DNA of 63,957 nucleotides, filler included, from Guillardia theta CCMP2712 (Eukaryota; Protista; Cryptophyta), in the NCBI RefSeq assembly GCF_000315625.1. It is 3 parts of 3 records of this genome, joined end to end, with 100 filler letters (N's around TTAATTAATTAA, not from the genome) between each part and the next. Parts side by side here need not be neighbours in the genome. Positions count along the whole stretch, not along the records: positions 1 to 31,459 come from NW_005434581.1; positions 31,560 to 55,276 come from NW_005434659.1; 1 more part is not named here. One strand, 5' to 3'. Both the position numbers and the translations under genes were made by a program. This document shows, one piece after another, positions 25,832 through 38,017 of this stretch (positions within the stretch are counted from its first letter, which is position 1; each line of letters opens with the position of its first letter). The notes under the pieces were generated by a model. It worked only from the letters and a program-made list of their open reading frames with translations. It was not told the origin of the DNA and did no database searches.

Positions 25832-28172
25832 AGGAGGAGGAGCAGGAGCAGGAGGAGGAGGAGTCTCGGGTTGTACCTGACGACGCTCTGGTTCACAGGG
25901 TTGAACGTGAGGGTTCCGACCCGTCCGTTATGTGGGTTAACGATCCGAGTCAGCGCCTGGAACATCCCGTCGGTCAACCTCCAGAAGCTCAGCTGGAAGA
26001 AGGCCCCAGCTGAGCTGTCATCTCCCTCCACCCCCTTATCCTCCTGCGAGGGACGGGGTCCGTGGACCACCGCCAGGTGCTCCCCGTCCGAGCTGACGGC
26101 AAGCTGAAGGATGCGGGGGTTGGGGTCAACGGGCCTCTTGGCCTTGCCGTACTCGGCGTGGATAGGAGCCTGGGAGATGGTATTCCTGTTGACCACCTCT
26201 AGAGACTGCACATGCTTGCCGTTGACAGAGTCCCAGATCTGCTGGAAGGTGAGACGATAGCGGAGGATGAGATTGAGGAGAAGGAGGGAGGGAGGGAGGG
26301 AGGGAGGGAGGAAGAGGGAGGAAGAGGGAGGGAGGGAGGAGGAGGAGGAGGAGGAGGAGGAGGAGGAGGAGGAGGAGGAGGAGGAGGTGGTGGTGGTGGT
26401 GGTGGTGGTGACGGGTTGGACTCTCAACCTGTAGTGTCGTTCCTCTTGGGTTCAACAGGACATGTCCGTGTCTCGGCTCGATGCCGAGGATCGAAGCAAA
26501 GCTACTCGAGTCGTCTGCTCCCCCCTTGGTCCCCTCACTGGGTATGGGGAGGAGGCGCAGAGTCTTGACGATCTTCCTCGTTAGCAGATTCACCAGCTGG
26601 ACATTCTGCTCGGTCCGTCAGCTCCCCGCACTCTCCTCCTCCTCCTCTCCTCTACCTGCTCCTCGCACAGCACGGCAACGACTGTCCCGCAGCTGCTGAC
26701 GGCCATGGCGTTGACAGGTCCTCCGAGTCGCGGGAGGAACTGACGGTAGCCAGTCTCCAATTGCCACATCACCAGCACCCCCTCATTCCCTGCTGAGAGC
26801 AGGTACGCCCCGTCCTCGCTGATCCCCATGCACCTGACCGCGGACGCATGCCAGTGCATGTTGTGCTTGCTGCAGACGGGAGGGTCGGAGACGCCGCTCT
26901 TGTCATGCAGCACGTTGAACCAGAGGAAAATCTCCCCTCTCTCGTCTCCCACGGCCACGAACTTGCCCTCCGGGTGGCAAGTGACCGCCACCACGTCCCT
27001 CGCGTGCCTGAGCTCGACGGGCTTCCTCTTGTCGTCGTCTGCTGAGTCCGTGTAGAACAGGAGGAGGTCTCTGCCGGTGACAGCGAAGAGCGTGTTGCCG
27101 TCCGCGGTGATGGAGAGCTTCGCCGGGGTCCTTGTCTTGAACAGTCTCTGTACAGAAGTGAGGATACAAGTGCGAGCTAGTAGGAGAAAGTCGAGCTGCA
27201 GGACACATAACAACAGATGCAGGGGCAGGGGCAGGACGAGCAAGAGGAAGAAGGAGCAGCAGCAGCAGCAGCAGCAGCCAGAGCATGAGCACGAAAAGGA
27301 GCAAGAGCAGGGAGAAGCAGGAGGAGGACGAGGACGAGAAGCAGCAGCAGCAGCAGCAGGACAAGGAAGAGCAGGAGGAGGAAGAGAAAGAGCAGCAGGA
27401 GGAGGAGGACAAGGAGCAGCAGGACAAGGAAAGCAGGAGGAGGAGCAGGAGGAGGAGCAGAAGGAGAAGGAAGGGCAGCAGCAAGATCTGCTCACCTTCT
27501 GCCGCCCTGTCTCCAGATCCACCACGTTCACAGTTCCAGAGGACTTCTTGCCCCCCTCCTTCCCCTTGCCATCTCCCTCCTTGACCATTGCAACATAGGC
27601 AAGCCTGGCATCGGAGGAGAGGACGAAGCTGTTGATGGGGAATGGCAGGCTCCAGACCTTGAGGTCCGTCCCGTCCGAGACGTCCCACAGCCGTAGGCAG
27701 CCGTCCAGGGAGGAGGTGAAGGCCTGAGAGACGTTGAAGGGATGGAGGGAGATCCCTGAGACCTGCCGCGTGTGCCCCTCAAGAGCGAACATCTTCTTCC
27801 CCGACAGTGTACTGTGAACTTCCACATGGCTCGCCCAGCTCGTGAGCATTTTCTTCCCGTCCCTGCTGAAGCACACTGCTGCATGCACACGCTCGGTCCT
27901 CGGCTCTCTCCCTGACCCAGGTCCATCCCTTCTCCCTCTCCCGTCGTCCCTCCTGTGCTGACCACCGCTGCTCTTCTTCCCGCCCTCCTTCACGGTTTCG
28001 CCCCCTTTTCTCCCCTGATCGTTCTTCTCCCCTCCTTGTTCGCCTTCTCCTTCTTGCTCCTCTCCTTTCCCTCCGCCTCTGTTCCCTTGTCCCTCATCCT
28101 CTTCTCCTCTCCGCCTCTCTCCTCCTCCTTCTCCTCCTTCCCCTCCTTCTCCTTCCCTTTTCCTTTCGCCAT
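23974..28172 (-). CDS. WDR75: WD-repeat protein WDR75/UTP17 (SSU processome), multi-exon
   Basis: Contains LEGHTRQV..TSSLDGCLRLWD, HWHASAV..GAYLLSAGNEGVLVMWQLETGYRQFLPRLGGPV, TAGFDGNFKLW, CFSPDGTLLAIA and a C-terminal 'ILSAPAH..PSFMPSL' segment. The termini are approximate. Confidence 0.85.
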
Positions 28173-28352
28173 CTTTCCGCACGTGCGCCCCCGCCTCAGG
28201 AATTCTTACCCTCATCCCCCCGCTATTCAAGTTTCTGGTAGCGCCATAACCGTCGTAACCGTTATAATGACCACCACGGTGACCAGGCTTATCTCAAGAC
28301 ATGGGAGGGGGCAAGATGGAAGCGAGGGGAAGGCGGAAGTTGGTGGGCGGGG

Positions 28353-28598
28353 GGCAGGACAGGACAGGACAGAGCAGGACAGGACAGGCAACAGAGCAAG
28401 GCAGGGCAGGGCAGGGCAGGGCAGGGCAGGGCAGGGCAGGGCAGGGCAGGGCAGGGCAGGGCAGGGCAGGGCAGGGCAGGGCAGGGCAGGGCAGGGCAGG
28501 GCAGGACAGGCAACAGAGCAGGGCAGGACAGGACAGAGCAGGGCAGAGCAGGGCAGGGCAGGGCAGGGCAGGGCAGGGCAGGGCAGGGCAGGGCAGGG
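28353..28598. repeat. (GGGCA)n / (GGACA)n pentamer repeat between divergent genes
   Basis: Directly visible. Confidence 0.9.
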
Positions 28599-28820
28599 GA
28601 GGACTATGCAAACTATTATGCTGCTATTTGTGAAGCCTCCAAGTTTTGAACGAGTGGAAGTAGAGAGAGGGAATAGGAAAAGGGGTTAGGCCAAGGCAAA
28701 GCAATTCAAAATACCTTGACGAGATGATGCTGATTTGTTGTTCCCGGCATGATCTTGCGATCATGTTCACATTTCGTCTATTATCCTGACAGTCTTTCGC
28801 ATCATGCAGTGCAAGGACAC

Positions 28821-29704
28821 ATGGCGGAATCTGTTCGATCGAAGTTTCAGAGGTCAGTAAGGAAGCTGATCCGCATGGGGAGGAGAGATTCCTTCGTGGG
28901 CTTCGAGGAGCAGCCCATTGTCAACTTCATCAGGCACAGGTACGATGCTGTCAAGGACGTGTTTGTCAAGGATGAAGTGAAGGCGATGCTGGAGACAAAC
29001 ACTCTCAAGGTGGCGCTGGAAGGAGCGACGAGGGAGCTGTACAGGATCAAGATCATGACTAAGTTCCGAGGGAGCGACAACTACGTTGCCAAGAGGTACA
29101 AGAGTCACGTGCAAGCCACCGACGAGATGTACTTCACGGACTGCAAGATGCAGGTGAGGAGCTGTGGTGCCCGCGGGGAGAGGAGGAAGGAGGAGGGAGG
29201 GAGGGAGGGAGAAGGGAGGGAGGGGGAAGGGAGGGAGGGAGAAGGGAGGAGGAGGGCTGACGTCGCTGAAAGATGATAGCCAAGAAGATGGCGGACGACT
29301 TCAACAAGCTGAAGCCTCCCACCGGATCGACTTCCTAGAGAGTTTCGTGCTCGAGATGGCAACGGGGGACGGAGGAAAGCAGCTCTTCACAGCCGAGAAG
29401 TTCGTCCAAGGAGACTACCAGAAGCATTCCTCCAACAGCGGGTTCGTGCAGGAGGTTCACCATAGGATGACTCCCCACGCCTTCAGCCACTTCAGCTATG
29501 TGCACAGCAAGGGAAGGTTGATGATTGTGGACATCCAGGGTGTGGGAGACCTCTGGACAGACCCGCAGGTGATGCGGTGGAGGAGGCCAGCGCGTGCCCT
29601 TGTCCCTCTTGCTTCCATCGTGCTGCTCCCTGCTCCCTGCTCCCTGCTCCATGCTCCATGCTCCATGCTCCATGCTCCTTGCTCCTTGCTCCCTGCTCCA
29701 GCAC

Positions 29705-29740
<36 letters not shown>

Positions 29741-31113
29741 GCTCATCCTCCTCTCTTCTCCTCTCCTCCATCTCCCCCCTCTTTCTCTTCTGCTCATCTT
29801 CCTTTTCACAGATTCACTCGGTCGAAGACGAGCATGCCTTCGGCGTGGGCAATTTGGGCCTGACGGGCATCGCAAAATTCTTCCGCACCTACCACTACAA
29901 CCCGCTGTGCGAGTGGATAGGCCTCATTCCCTTCCAGCAGAGCCCCAGCGACCTTCCACCTTCCATAGACTGGGAAGAGGTGGGCTGCAGCTGGGGTTGG
30001 AGGAGGCGGAGGGGTGAGGGTGGGATGGCAGGCGGCGCATGATTGGAAACTGAGCGACCTGGCGAAGAAGAAGAACTCGCAGCGACCGTTCATAGCGAAG
30101 CTGTAGGTTGAGGAAGGGGGAGGGAGGGAGGGGAAGGAGTGGAGGAGAAATAGGTGATTGGAGAGGAATACAGACGGGAAGGGAGGAGAGAAAGATTATG
30201 CTGGAATAGCAAGTGGCTGGAAGAGAGCGAAGGAAAGAAGAGAGGAGGGAGAGGAGGCAGGGAGGAAGAGAGAGGAGGGAGAGGAGGGAGAGGAGGGAGA
30301 GAGCGAGGCATCGAGGGAGGAAGGAATGTAGAGGAGGAGGGAGGGAGGAAAGGGGAAAGGATCGTAGGGTAATGTACATGACGGCAGGTGCTCAAAACTT
30401 GGAGCAGACGTGCATTTCCAGATGGCAAAGATGTACGAGAATGGAGTCTTCAGCGATGACGGGTGAAGAGAAGAAAGTTTGTTGCATGACATGATGAACA
30501 TGCTGACAGTCGTGGCGATGTTGAGTCTGCCTTGTTCATGTGCAATGTGCCGCTAAGATGGGATATGCTAAGGCGAATGTGATCATGGCCAAGGTGAGAA
30601 GAGGGAGAGGGAGAGGGAAAGCGAGAGGGAGAGGGAGAGGGAGAGCGAGGGAAAGAGGGAGAGCGAGGGAAAGAGGGAGAGCGAGGGGGAGAGCGAGAGG
30701 AAGAGCGAGAGGGAGAGCGAGGGAGACAGGAAGGGAGAGGGAGGGAGAACCAGAGGGAGAGGGAGAGGGAGGGAGAGAGACGGGGAGGGAGTGGGAGGGA
30801 GGGAGGGCAAGAGCGAGAGAATGCGAAGGAGAAGAAGAAAGGAAACAACACTGTCAGAAGGACGAAGGCAACAACTACAGCTTCCATCATGATTGTGCTA
30901 GAACAATTTGTTCCTTCCTCCTCTTCTTCCTCTCGCCTGCTCATCGCATCTCTGCTGCAGCTCTACTCGGGTATTGCCCGAGACGTGCTCCGAGACTACA
31001 AGATGGAGGAAGACCCTGGCAAAGCGTTCGAGCACTGGTACGTGGGAAGTGAAAGGGAAGGAGGAGGGAGAGAGGGAGGGAAAGTGGGCAGGAGACAGGA
31101 AACAGGAAGGGCG

Positions 31114-31197
<84 letters not shown>

Positions 31198-31395
31198 CAG
31201 CAGACAGACGTGGACGTGGACGTGGGCGTTGACGAGGACGAGGACGGACAGGAGGAGCAGGAGGAGCAGGAGGAGGGATTAATGATTGTGTCAGGCTGGA
31301 AGCGGCGAAGGAGAAGGAGCACACGGCCATGCACATGGTGGCGCAATTCTACGAGGGGACTCTGACGGCTCCTAACGTCGAGATCTCCTACAAGT
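28821..31395 (+). CDS. Alpha-kinase (eEF2K/MHCK-like) with probable Sel1-like C-terminal repeats; 3' end lost in a gap
   Basis: Contains EGATRELY, YVAKRY, YFTDCKMQ, IDFLESF, EKFVQGDYQKHSSNSG, TPHAFSHFSY, VDIQGVGDLWTDPQ|IHS and FGVGNLG..GIAKFF..YHYNPLC. Later exons (KAFEHW|LEAAK..AMHMVAQFYEG) look Sel1-like. Confidence 0.9.
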
Positions 31396-31396
31396 A

Positions 31397-31430
<34 letters not shown>

Positions 31431-31503
31431 CGATGACGATGACGATGATGATGATGATGNNNNNNNNNNNNNNNNNNNNNNNNNNNNNNNNNNNNNNNNN
31501 NNN

Positions 31504-31515
31504 TTAATTAATTAA
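31504..31515. other. Artificial contig linker TTAATTAATTAA inside an N-run
   Basis: All-frame stop palindrome flanked by Ns; an identical copy lies at 55321-55332. Confidence 0.9.
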
Positions 31516-33171
31516 NNNNNNNNNNNNNNNNNNNNNNNNNNNNNNNNNNNNNNNNNNNNGGAGGTGGTGGTGGTGGTGGTGGTGGAAGAGGAGGAGGTGG
31601 TGAAGGAGGAGGAGGTGGTGGTGATGGTGGAGACAGAAGAAGCAGCTGCTATAGAAGCTGGTGCCATTAGGAGGCAGATCGCAAACGGAAGGCCTTTACC
31701 TCTGAGTGCCGAACGAACACGATGCTCGCGATCGGGGCTTTGTCAGCCGAAGTTTCAGACATTCACATCTCTCCTCCTCTTCTCCTCCCAACTTCCTCCT
31801 CCTACATCACCAATTACTCTTCCTCTTCCTCTTCCTCTTCCTCTTTCTATTCCTGCTGCTGCTGCTGCTGCTGCTTCTCCTCCTCTTCCTCCTCCTACTT
31901 CTCCCAGTCCTCCTCATTCCCTGTCTCCATCTCCCAGTTGTCCTCATCACCACATCACATAATCAATATTCCCTAACTGCTTCAACTGCTCTTTCTGCCT
32001 CTGCTGCTGCTGTGACTCCTCTTCACCACCGTCCCCCCCCCGGCTTTCTGCTGCTGCTCGCGCTGCTGCTCTCCCTCTCTCCTCCTCCTCCGCTCACCGT
32101 CGTTGTCCTCTGTGTTGACTTCAGCATCTCCATGATGTTCTCGGGAGTCCCCCCCTGATCCCCAGGTCAGACGGTGAGCAGCAAACAACAAAAATCAACT
32201 CACATTGCTCAGCGCCTCCCTCTACGACCTCGCCTCGTCTTCCCACTCCTCTTCAATCGTCTCATCCATCGCATTCTTCCAAGCCACCTTCGGCTCATCC
32301 AGCTCCTCGTTCTCTGTTCCCTCCCGCTCCTCCTCTTTTTCCTACAGTCCCCACCGTCTGTCAACTAAACTTCCACATGCTTCCACCCTCACCGCAACTG
32401 CAGGCAATTCCAGCAAGGAGGGCTTCATCAGTGCCACGTGCAGCTGGAGCGCTTTCTCCACGTCCTCTTTGCTCTCCTGCTGAGCAGCTACCGGCACTTC
32501 TTCTATATTCCTGCTTTCCTTCCTCCTGTTTCTCTTCCTCTTCCTCTCCATCCTTTTCCTCCTCATACTCTTTAATCCATCAATACGGCTATTCGATCCC
32601 CCGGCCTCCCCACTCCGACTCTTCCTGCCTGTCTGCTCGCTGCTTGAGGAAGATGATGTTCTTCGTGATCTGCACGAGGATGAGGGGAGAGGGAAAGAAT
32701 CGCACGAGATACCTCGCATTCGATGTTCCTGCTTTTCACGTCCTCCTCGAAGGGCAGAACTACAATACATCGTTCCGACGAGTCTACGAACTGTACTTCG
32801 TTCGTGCTAATATCTTTCTCTTCCATTCCACCCTCAGCAGCTTTGAGAGCAAAGGATCCTCCCTTTCGGCCCTCCCTCATCCCTCTTCTGATCCCGNNNN
32901 NNNNNNNNNNNNNNNNNNNNNNNNNNNNNNNNNNNNNNNNNNNNNNNNNNNNNNNNNNNNNNNNNNNNNNNNNNNNNNNNNNNNNNNNNNNNNNNNNNNN
33001 NNNNNNNNNNNNNNNNNNNNNNNNNNNNNNNNNNNNNNNNNNNNNNNNNNNNNNNNNNNNNNNNNNNNNNNNNNNNNNNNNNNNNNNNNNNNNNNNNNNN
33101 NNNNNNNNNNNNNNNNNNNNNNNNNNNNNNNNNNNGACCTTTGAGTAAAACTATTTGGCGCGCAAAAAACC

Positions 33172-36068
33172 ATGTCGTCGTCGTCGTCGTCGCAGCAGCT
33201 GCAGGCGGCGAGGAGGGAGGAGAGCGATTCCGTGGAAGAGCAGCGAGAAACCAAACGACTCAAGGTGAGTACCGAGCTCAGCAACGACGCCCATTCAACG
33301 ACTGCAGCGGAGGTAGAGCGGGCGCGGGCGGAGCTGAATGAGGCTCGCGCAAGCAAGGACCAAGAGCAGATAGACGCAGCAAAGGAAGAGCTTGCTCGGG
33401 CGGAGCTCAAGGCAGAGGTAGAGCTTGCGCGGGCGAATGTAAAAGCGGCGCGCACAAGCAAGGACAGCGCGCAGATAGCCGGAGCAAAGGAAGAGCTGGC
33501 GCGGGCGGAGCTCAAGGCGGCGCGCGCAAGCAAGGACCACGAGCAGATAACCGCAGCAGAGGTAGAGCTTGCGCGGGCGGAGCTCAAGGCAGAGGTAGAG
33601 CTTGCGCGGGCGGAGCTCAAGGTGGCGCTCGCAAGCAAGGACCACGAGCNNNNNNNNNNNNNNNNNNNNNNNNNNNNNNNNNNNNNNNNNNNNNNNNNNN
33701 NNNNNNNNNNNNNNNNNNNNNNNNNNNNNNNNNNNNNNNNNNNNNNNNNAAGGACGAAGCGGAGATAGCAATGGCGAAGGCAAATGTATCAAGGGCGGAG
33801 CTGAAGGCAGAGGTAGGTCTCTTGAGGGCGCAGCTGAATGCAGTGCTCGCAAGCAATCACGAAGAAACGATAACTCAATCAAAGCTAGCCTTGCGCATCG
33901 CTGAGTCANNNNNNNNNNNNNNNNNNNNNNNNNNNNNNNNNNNNNNNNNNNNNNNNNNNNNNNNNNNNNNNNNNNNNNNNNNNNNNNNNNNNNNNNNNNN
34001 NNNNNNNNNNNNNNNNNNNNNNNNNNNNNNNNNNNNNNNNNNNNNNNNNNNTTCTGCAGTCATGCATGCAGTCTCGAGAAATATCCTTGAGTTGGAGAAA
34101 TACTGAAGGCTGCGATGTGCATAGAAAAATCGCTGGGATCAAAAGCTAGGTCGTTGAGCGAATCAAACCAATCGACAAAGTAGTAACCGATAGTGCGGAT
34201 CGAGCAGCTTGTACAGTCTCATGCATGATTGAGGCTGCTCGGGAAGCGGAAAATCGTTGTGTGCGGCAGACTACTTCGTACGAAACCCAAAGACCTCACG
34301 ATATTGCTTGTTTGGATACACCCAGGAACAGGAATTATATCTTCAGGTGGACAGTATCTCGCAGCTCATCAATGTAGCAATCGATCTAGACCTCCAAGCG
34401 TGTGATCAGAAGCTTGCATTTGATAAACCAGATGAGTGCAAGGTGAATGTTTTGGAAATTGATATTCTGGAATCCAGTTGGAATATTCTTGGTGCACTCG
34501 GATACCTGTTTGGGAAGACTGAAACTGTAGCCAAGGTGACGTTGCAGCATGCAAAGAAGTGGACAAAGGACAAGGACTTGTGGCTGCTCGTCGATGAAGC
34601 GATACCGGGGTATCAGGATACCACCGACCTTGTAAACCCAATCGCTCGACTGGTCTTCTTCAAACGTATTCTTCGTAATGCAGGCTTTAACACTATCATG
34701 CTGGGGACAAACACTCTGGTGATGAATTTCAACAAAGCTTTGCGACAGACCGACAACAGCCGAGGTCGGAACCTAGAGCATTTAGTGTGTATCACCCATC
34801 GAGCGCTTCCTCCGATGATTTTACAATCTGAAAAGCAGCATGCTTTGCTCAGGAGTTTGTTTGGGGAGGAGCAGTGCAGCTTGTTTCTCGACAACGTTAA
34901 CCCATGGCTTTGCAATCAGATGTTGAAGGGCTTCAAGGGCGCCACGGAAGAGATAAAAGACCGCGCAGATTTGTTTCGAGATCTGGCTGGTCCAGTGTTG
35001 GCAGAAAGGCGTAAAGAAAAGAAGAATCTCAGCGATGCATCGTTGTATTGTATGTTTCAGATTGCAACGCACGATGCCATTTCCCAGGCACACATCATGC
35101 AAGGGTTCGGTCTCTTGAACATCTGGCCACAAGGCGAAGTCCCTGCACGTGGTAGTCCGGGGTCAATCATTGATCTTGATCGGCGTGATGACAAGATTTA
35201 CATGATGAATACAGATATCCACAACATATCCTGCAGGTTTCCTCCGGCCTGGGCCGATCCCATCACTACAGGGATTTGCGCTGGTGGCGGAAGACCTTTT
35301 CGCAATTTAGCATCAGGGCTCGAGGTGTTGAGGAGGATTCACCAAGATACTGTCAAGCCCAGGGAGGATCCCACAGCAGTAGATGCAATGCGTAGAGGCG
35401 GGAATGTTCTCGAATCGTTTGGGGCAGTCGTCCTTATGTTGACAAGCTGGGCCAAACCAGAGGACATTCTATCGACTCTCAGCTATCATTGTGGACGAGA
35501 AGTGAAGAGCACAGTGACGCAGGTGCTTGCTGCCGTGGATGACAAGGAGGCTGCAGAGCAGTTCCGGCAAGTTTTGACGAGATGTTTGTGTAATCTGATT
35601 CCCCTTCGTGACGATGAAAGTAACATACTTGACGGAGAAGTTTTCGGCTACTACATTCGTTGCATGGATAAGCGCGAACGAGACGGATGCTTTTCTGGCC
35701 CTGTCTTCGGTCCTGATAGGAGAAGAATGAAGGGTGCAGCAGAGTTCAAGAACTGGAGAGTGTCGGTCAATTCATCTGATCTCAAGTGTTTTGTGGAAAA
35801 GCTGTCCAAGAATGGAGAGGACCTCCTTCTCTTCATGGCGCCAGCCTTTGGAGATTTTAAGTACGAGTGGATCTTACCACGATTAGGGGTTTCTGATTGG
35901 TTGGTTCTGCATTGGACAATTGATGGGGCGCATCTAGATTGGCGTACTTTCCACCATGTAGTCCAAGACGGTGAGAAAAGATACAGAATTTTGGTGCTTA
36001 TGGAGGTCGGGTTATCAACGAAACCTTTTTGTGAACCGTCGATGCGCCAAGATCAGATTGATGCCTAG
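33172..36068 (+). CDS. Repeat header + P-loop NTPase + PD-(D/E)xK nuclease (Crinkler-like), copy 1, gapped
   Basis: Same gene as copies 2 and 3, but interrupted by N-runs and with small indels at ~34050-34250 next to a gap. Confidence 0.7.
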
Positions 36069-36609
36069 CATGGGTTACATGGGCTGGAGAATCATGTATA
36101 ACATGGATGCAGACATCAAACACCAGAGCAGGGATGCCGCAGCCTCAGTCACGGTGAAGTTGAGCTAGTGTCAAAAATACTGATCGAGCTGGATAAAGCC
36201 CGTTGCGGATACTAAAGGAGACCGTATGACAGACACGTGGCTTTCAGTTTCAATCTTGACAGCTAGCTCCTTATTCATGCAGGCAAAGTGTGACGACCTT
36301 GAAACCCCATGTCGATTTTTGAACGAATGAAGATAGCAGACATCGTTGGGAGCACCCATTGACATTCATGATTCCATCTAGGCAGTCTTTGCAGCAGGAC
36401 AGTCATACTGCTTGACTCAGAAGTCGGACATAGTGTTGCTGATCACAACATGCCGATGGCTGACCTCACTCTGTTTCGATTGACCTGTTCAGCACGTATA
36501 TTGACAACTTACGTAGAGGAACTGATGATTCCGATCATCAGTAGGCGTCATTTTCAAGTTTCATATTCTGGATAGCAAACTGCTTGAGATTACGAGAGTA
36601 AAGCCTGAT

Positions 36610-36885
36610 CTTTCTTTTCAACAGATCAGGAGAGCAGAGAACGAGTCGACGCGATCTTGAAAATCGTATTTCCATATGTGCCAACACTGCGAACGCGTGC
36701 CGTGGTTGAAGTTGGGATGGCATCAGTGATATACCACGAACAATTTATTCGAGAGATGATGCCAAGGAATCAACCCTTGTTTCGAACTACTCTTTTGTTG
36801 CAACCTGGTTTTGTACAGACCCTCAGGAAGCATGTTACGATAGAAGGTCATGATAAACGGCAAAATGTATATCTCCAGATGTGTG
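36610..36885 (+). mobile_element. Crypton-like recombinase fragment, copy 1
   Basis: The frame reads ERVDAILKIVFPYVPTLRTRAVVEVGMASVIYHEQFIREMMPRNQPLFRTTLL. This matches the post-catalytic Crypton segment (compare LAQIVYHLDRLKDMFPSHHFLW in the 2258-4868 gene). Confidence 0.5.
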
Positions 36886-37199
36886 CCGAATCTCTCTCTG
36901 TCTCTGTGTCTTTCCCTCTCTCTCTGTCTGTCTCTGTCTGTCTCTGTCTCTGTCTGTGTCTCTGTGTGTCTCTGTCTGTCTATCTGTCTGTCTGTCTGTC
37001 TCTCGATCTCTCTTGCTCTCTCTTGCTCTCTCTCTCTCTCTGTCTGCCTCTCTGTCTCGGTCTCTGTCTCTGTCTCTCTGTCTCCCTCCCTCCCTGCATC
37101 CATCCCTGCCTCTGTCTCTGTCTCTGTCTCTGTCTCTGTCTCTGTCTCTGTCTCTGTCTCTGTCTCTGTCTCTGTCTCTGTCTCTGTCTCTGTATCTCT

Positions 37200-37961
37200 C
37201 TCTCTCTCAGCTCCTTGCCGCTCTCATTGCTGGGGTTCCTCGCCATGGCGCTAGTTTACAGCCCCATCGCCTCCTCATCAACCTCATCAAGCTTGGTAGC
37301 GTCGAGGTTACAGTGACCTGTGCCTTCGGCATCAACAACGATTCCTTTAGCCTTGAGTATCCGTTAGCTCCTCCCTCCCTCCCTCCCTCCCTCCCTGTTT
37401 CCCTTGCCCATCCTCCCACCTCTCCTTGCTTGGCATAGGCTATGAGAGATGTCTGCTTCCTGGGCAACCTCAGCACCTGCACAATCAGCATGGCGACGGC
37501 GGACGAGTAGACGGCATGACCGAAGACGGAAATGCAACCGAGGAAGAGGCTCTCGTTGCCAGCCTTCCTACTCTCAACGGTCACAAGCAGGGAGTGGAGA
37601 GAGGAGGAGGAAGGAGGAAGGCTGGGAGGGGTGGAGGAGAGGATGGGAGGGCGAGGAAGGGGGTTGAAGGAGATGGGGGAAAGGAGGAGATGGAGAGGTC
37701 TCTTACCTCCTCCGTTCCATTTCTGCTTCAACTCCCTGCGCAAGCTCTACTACCACTCTCTCCGCGTATGCTCGAAGCGTCTGTGTGCCATGTCAGCAGC
37801 TGATCCTTCTCCTCCTGCACCAACTTTGCCATGCCCTGCAGCGATGTAGTCTGCCAGGGACGCGTATCCTGAATAGCAGAAGAAAGAGAGAAAGGGAGGA
37901 AGAGGAGATGAGGAGAGTCGGGACGGAGCATGATGAAGATGAAGATGATGATGAAGATGAA

Positions 37962-38017
<56 letters not shown>

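Noticed and set aside
31504-31515. TTAATTAATTAA as a biological palindrome or piggyBac TTAA site
   Set aside because: It is embedded in Ns and repeated identically at 55321, so it is an assembly spacer.
34050-34260. Frameshifts making NTPase copy 1 a pseudogene
   Set aside because: The single-base losses cluster next to an N-gap and look like low-quality read ends, so this cannot be called.
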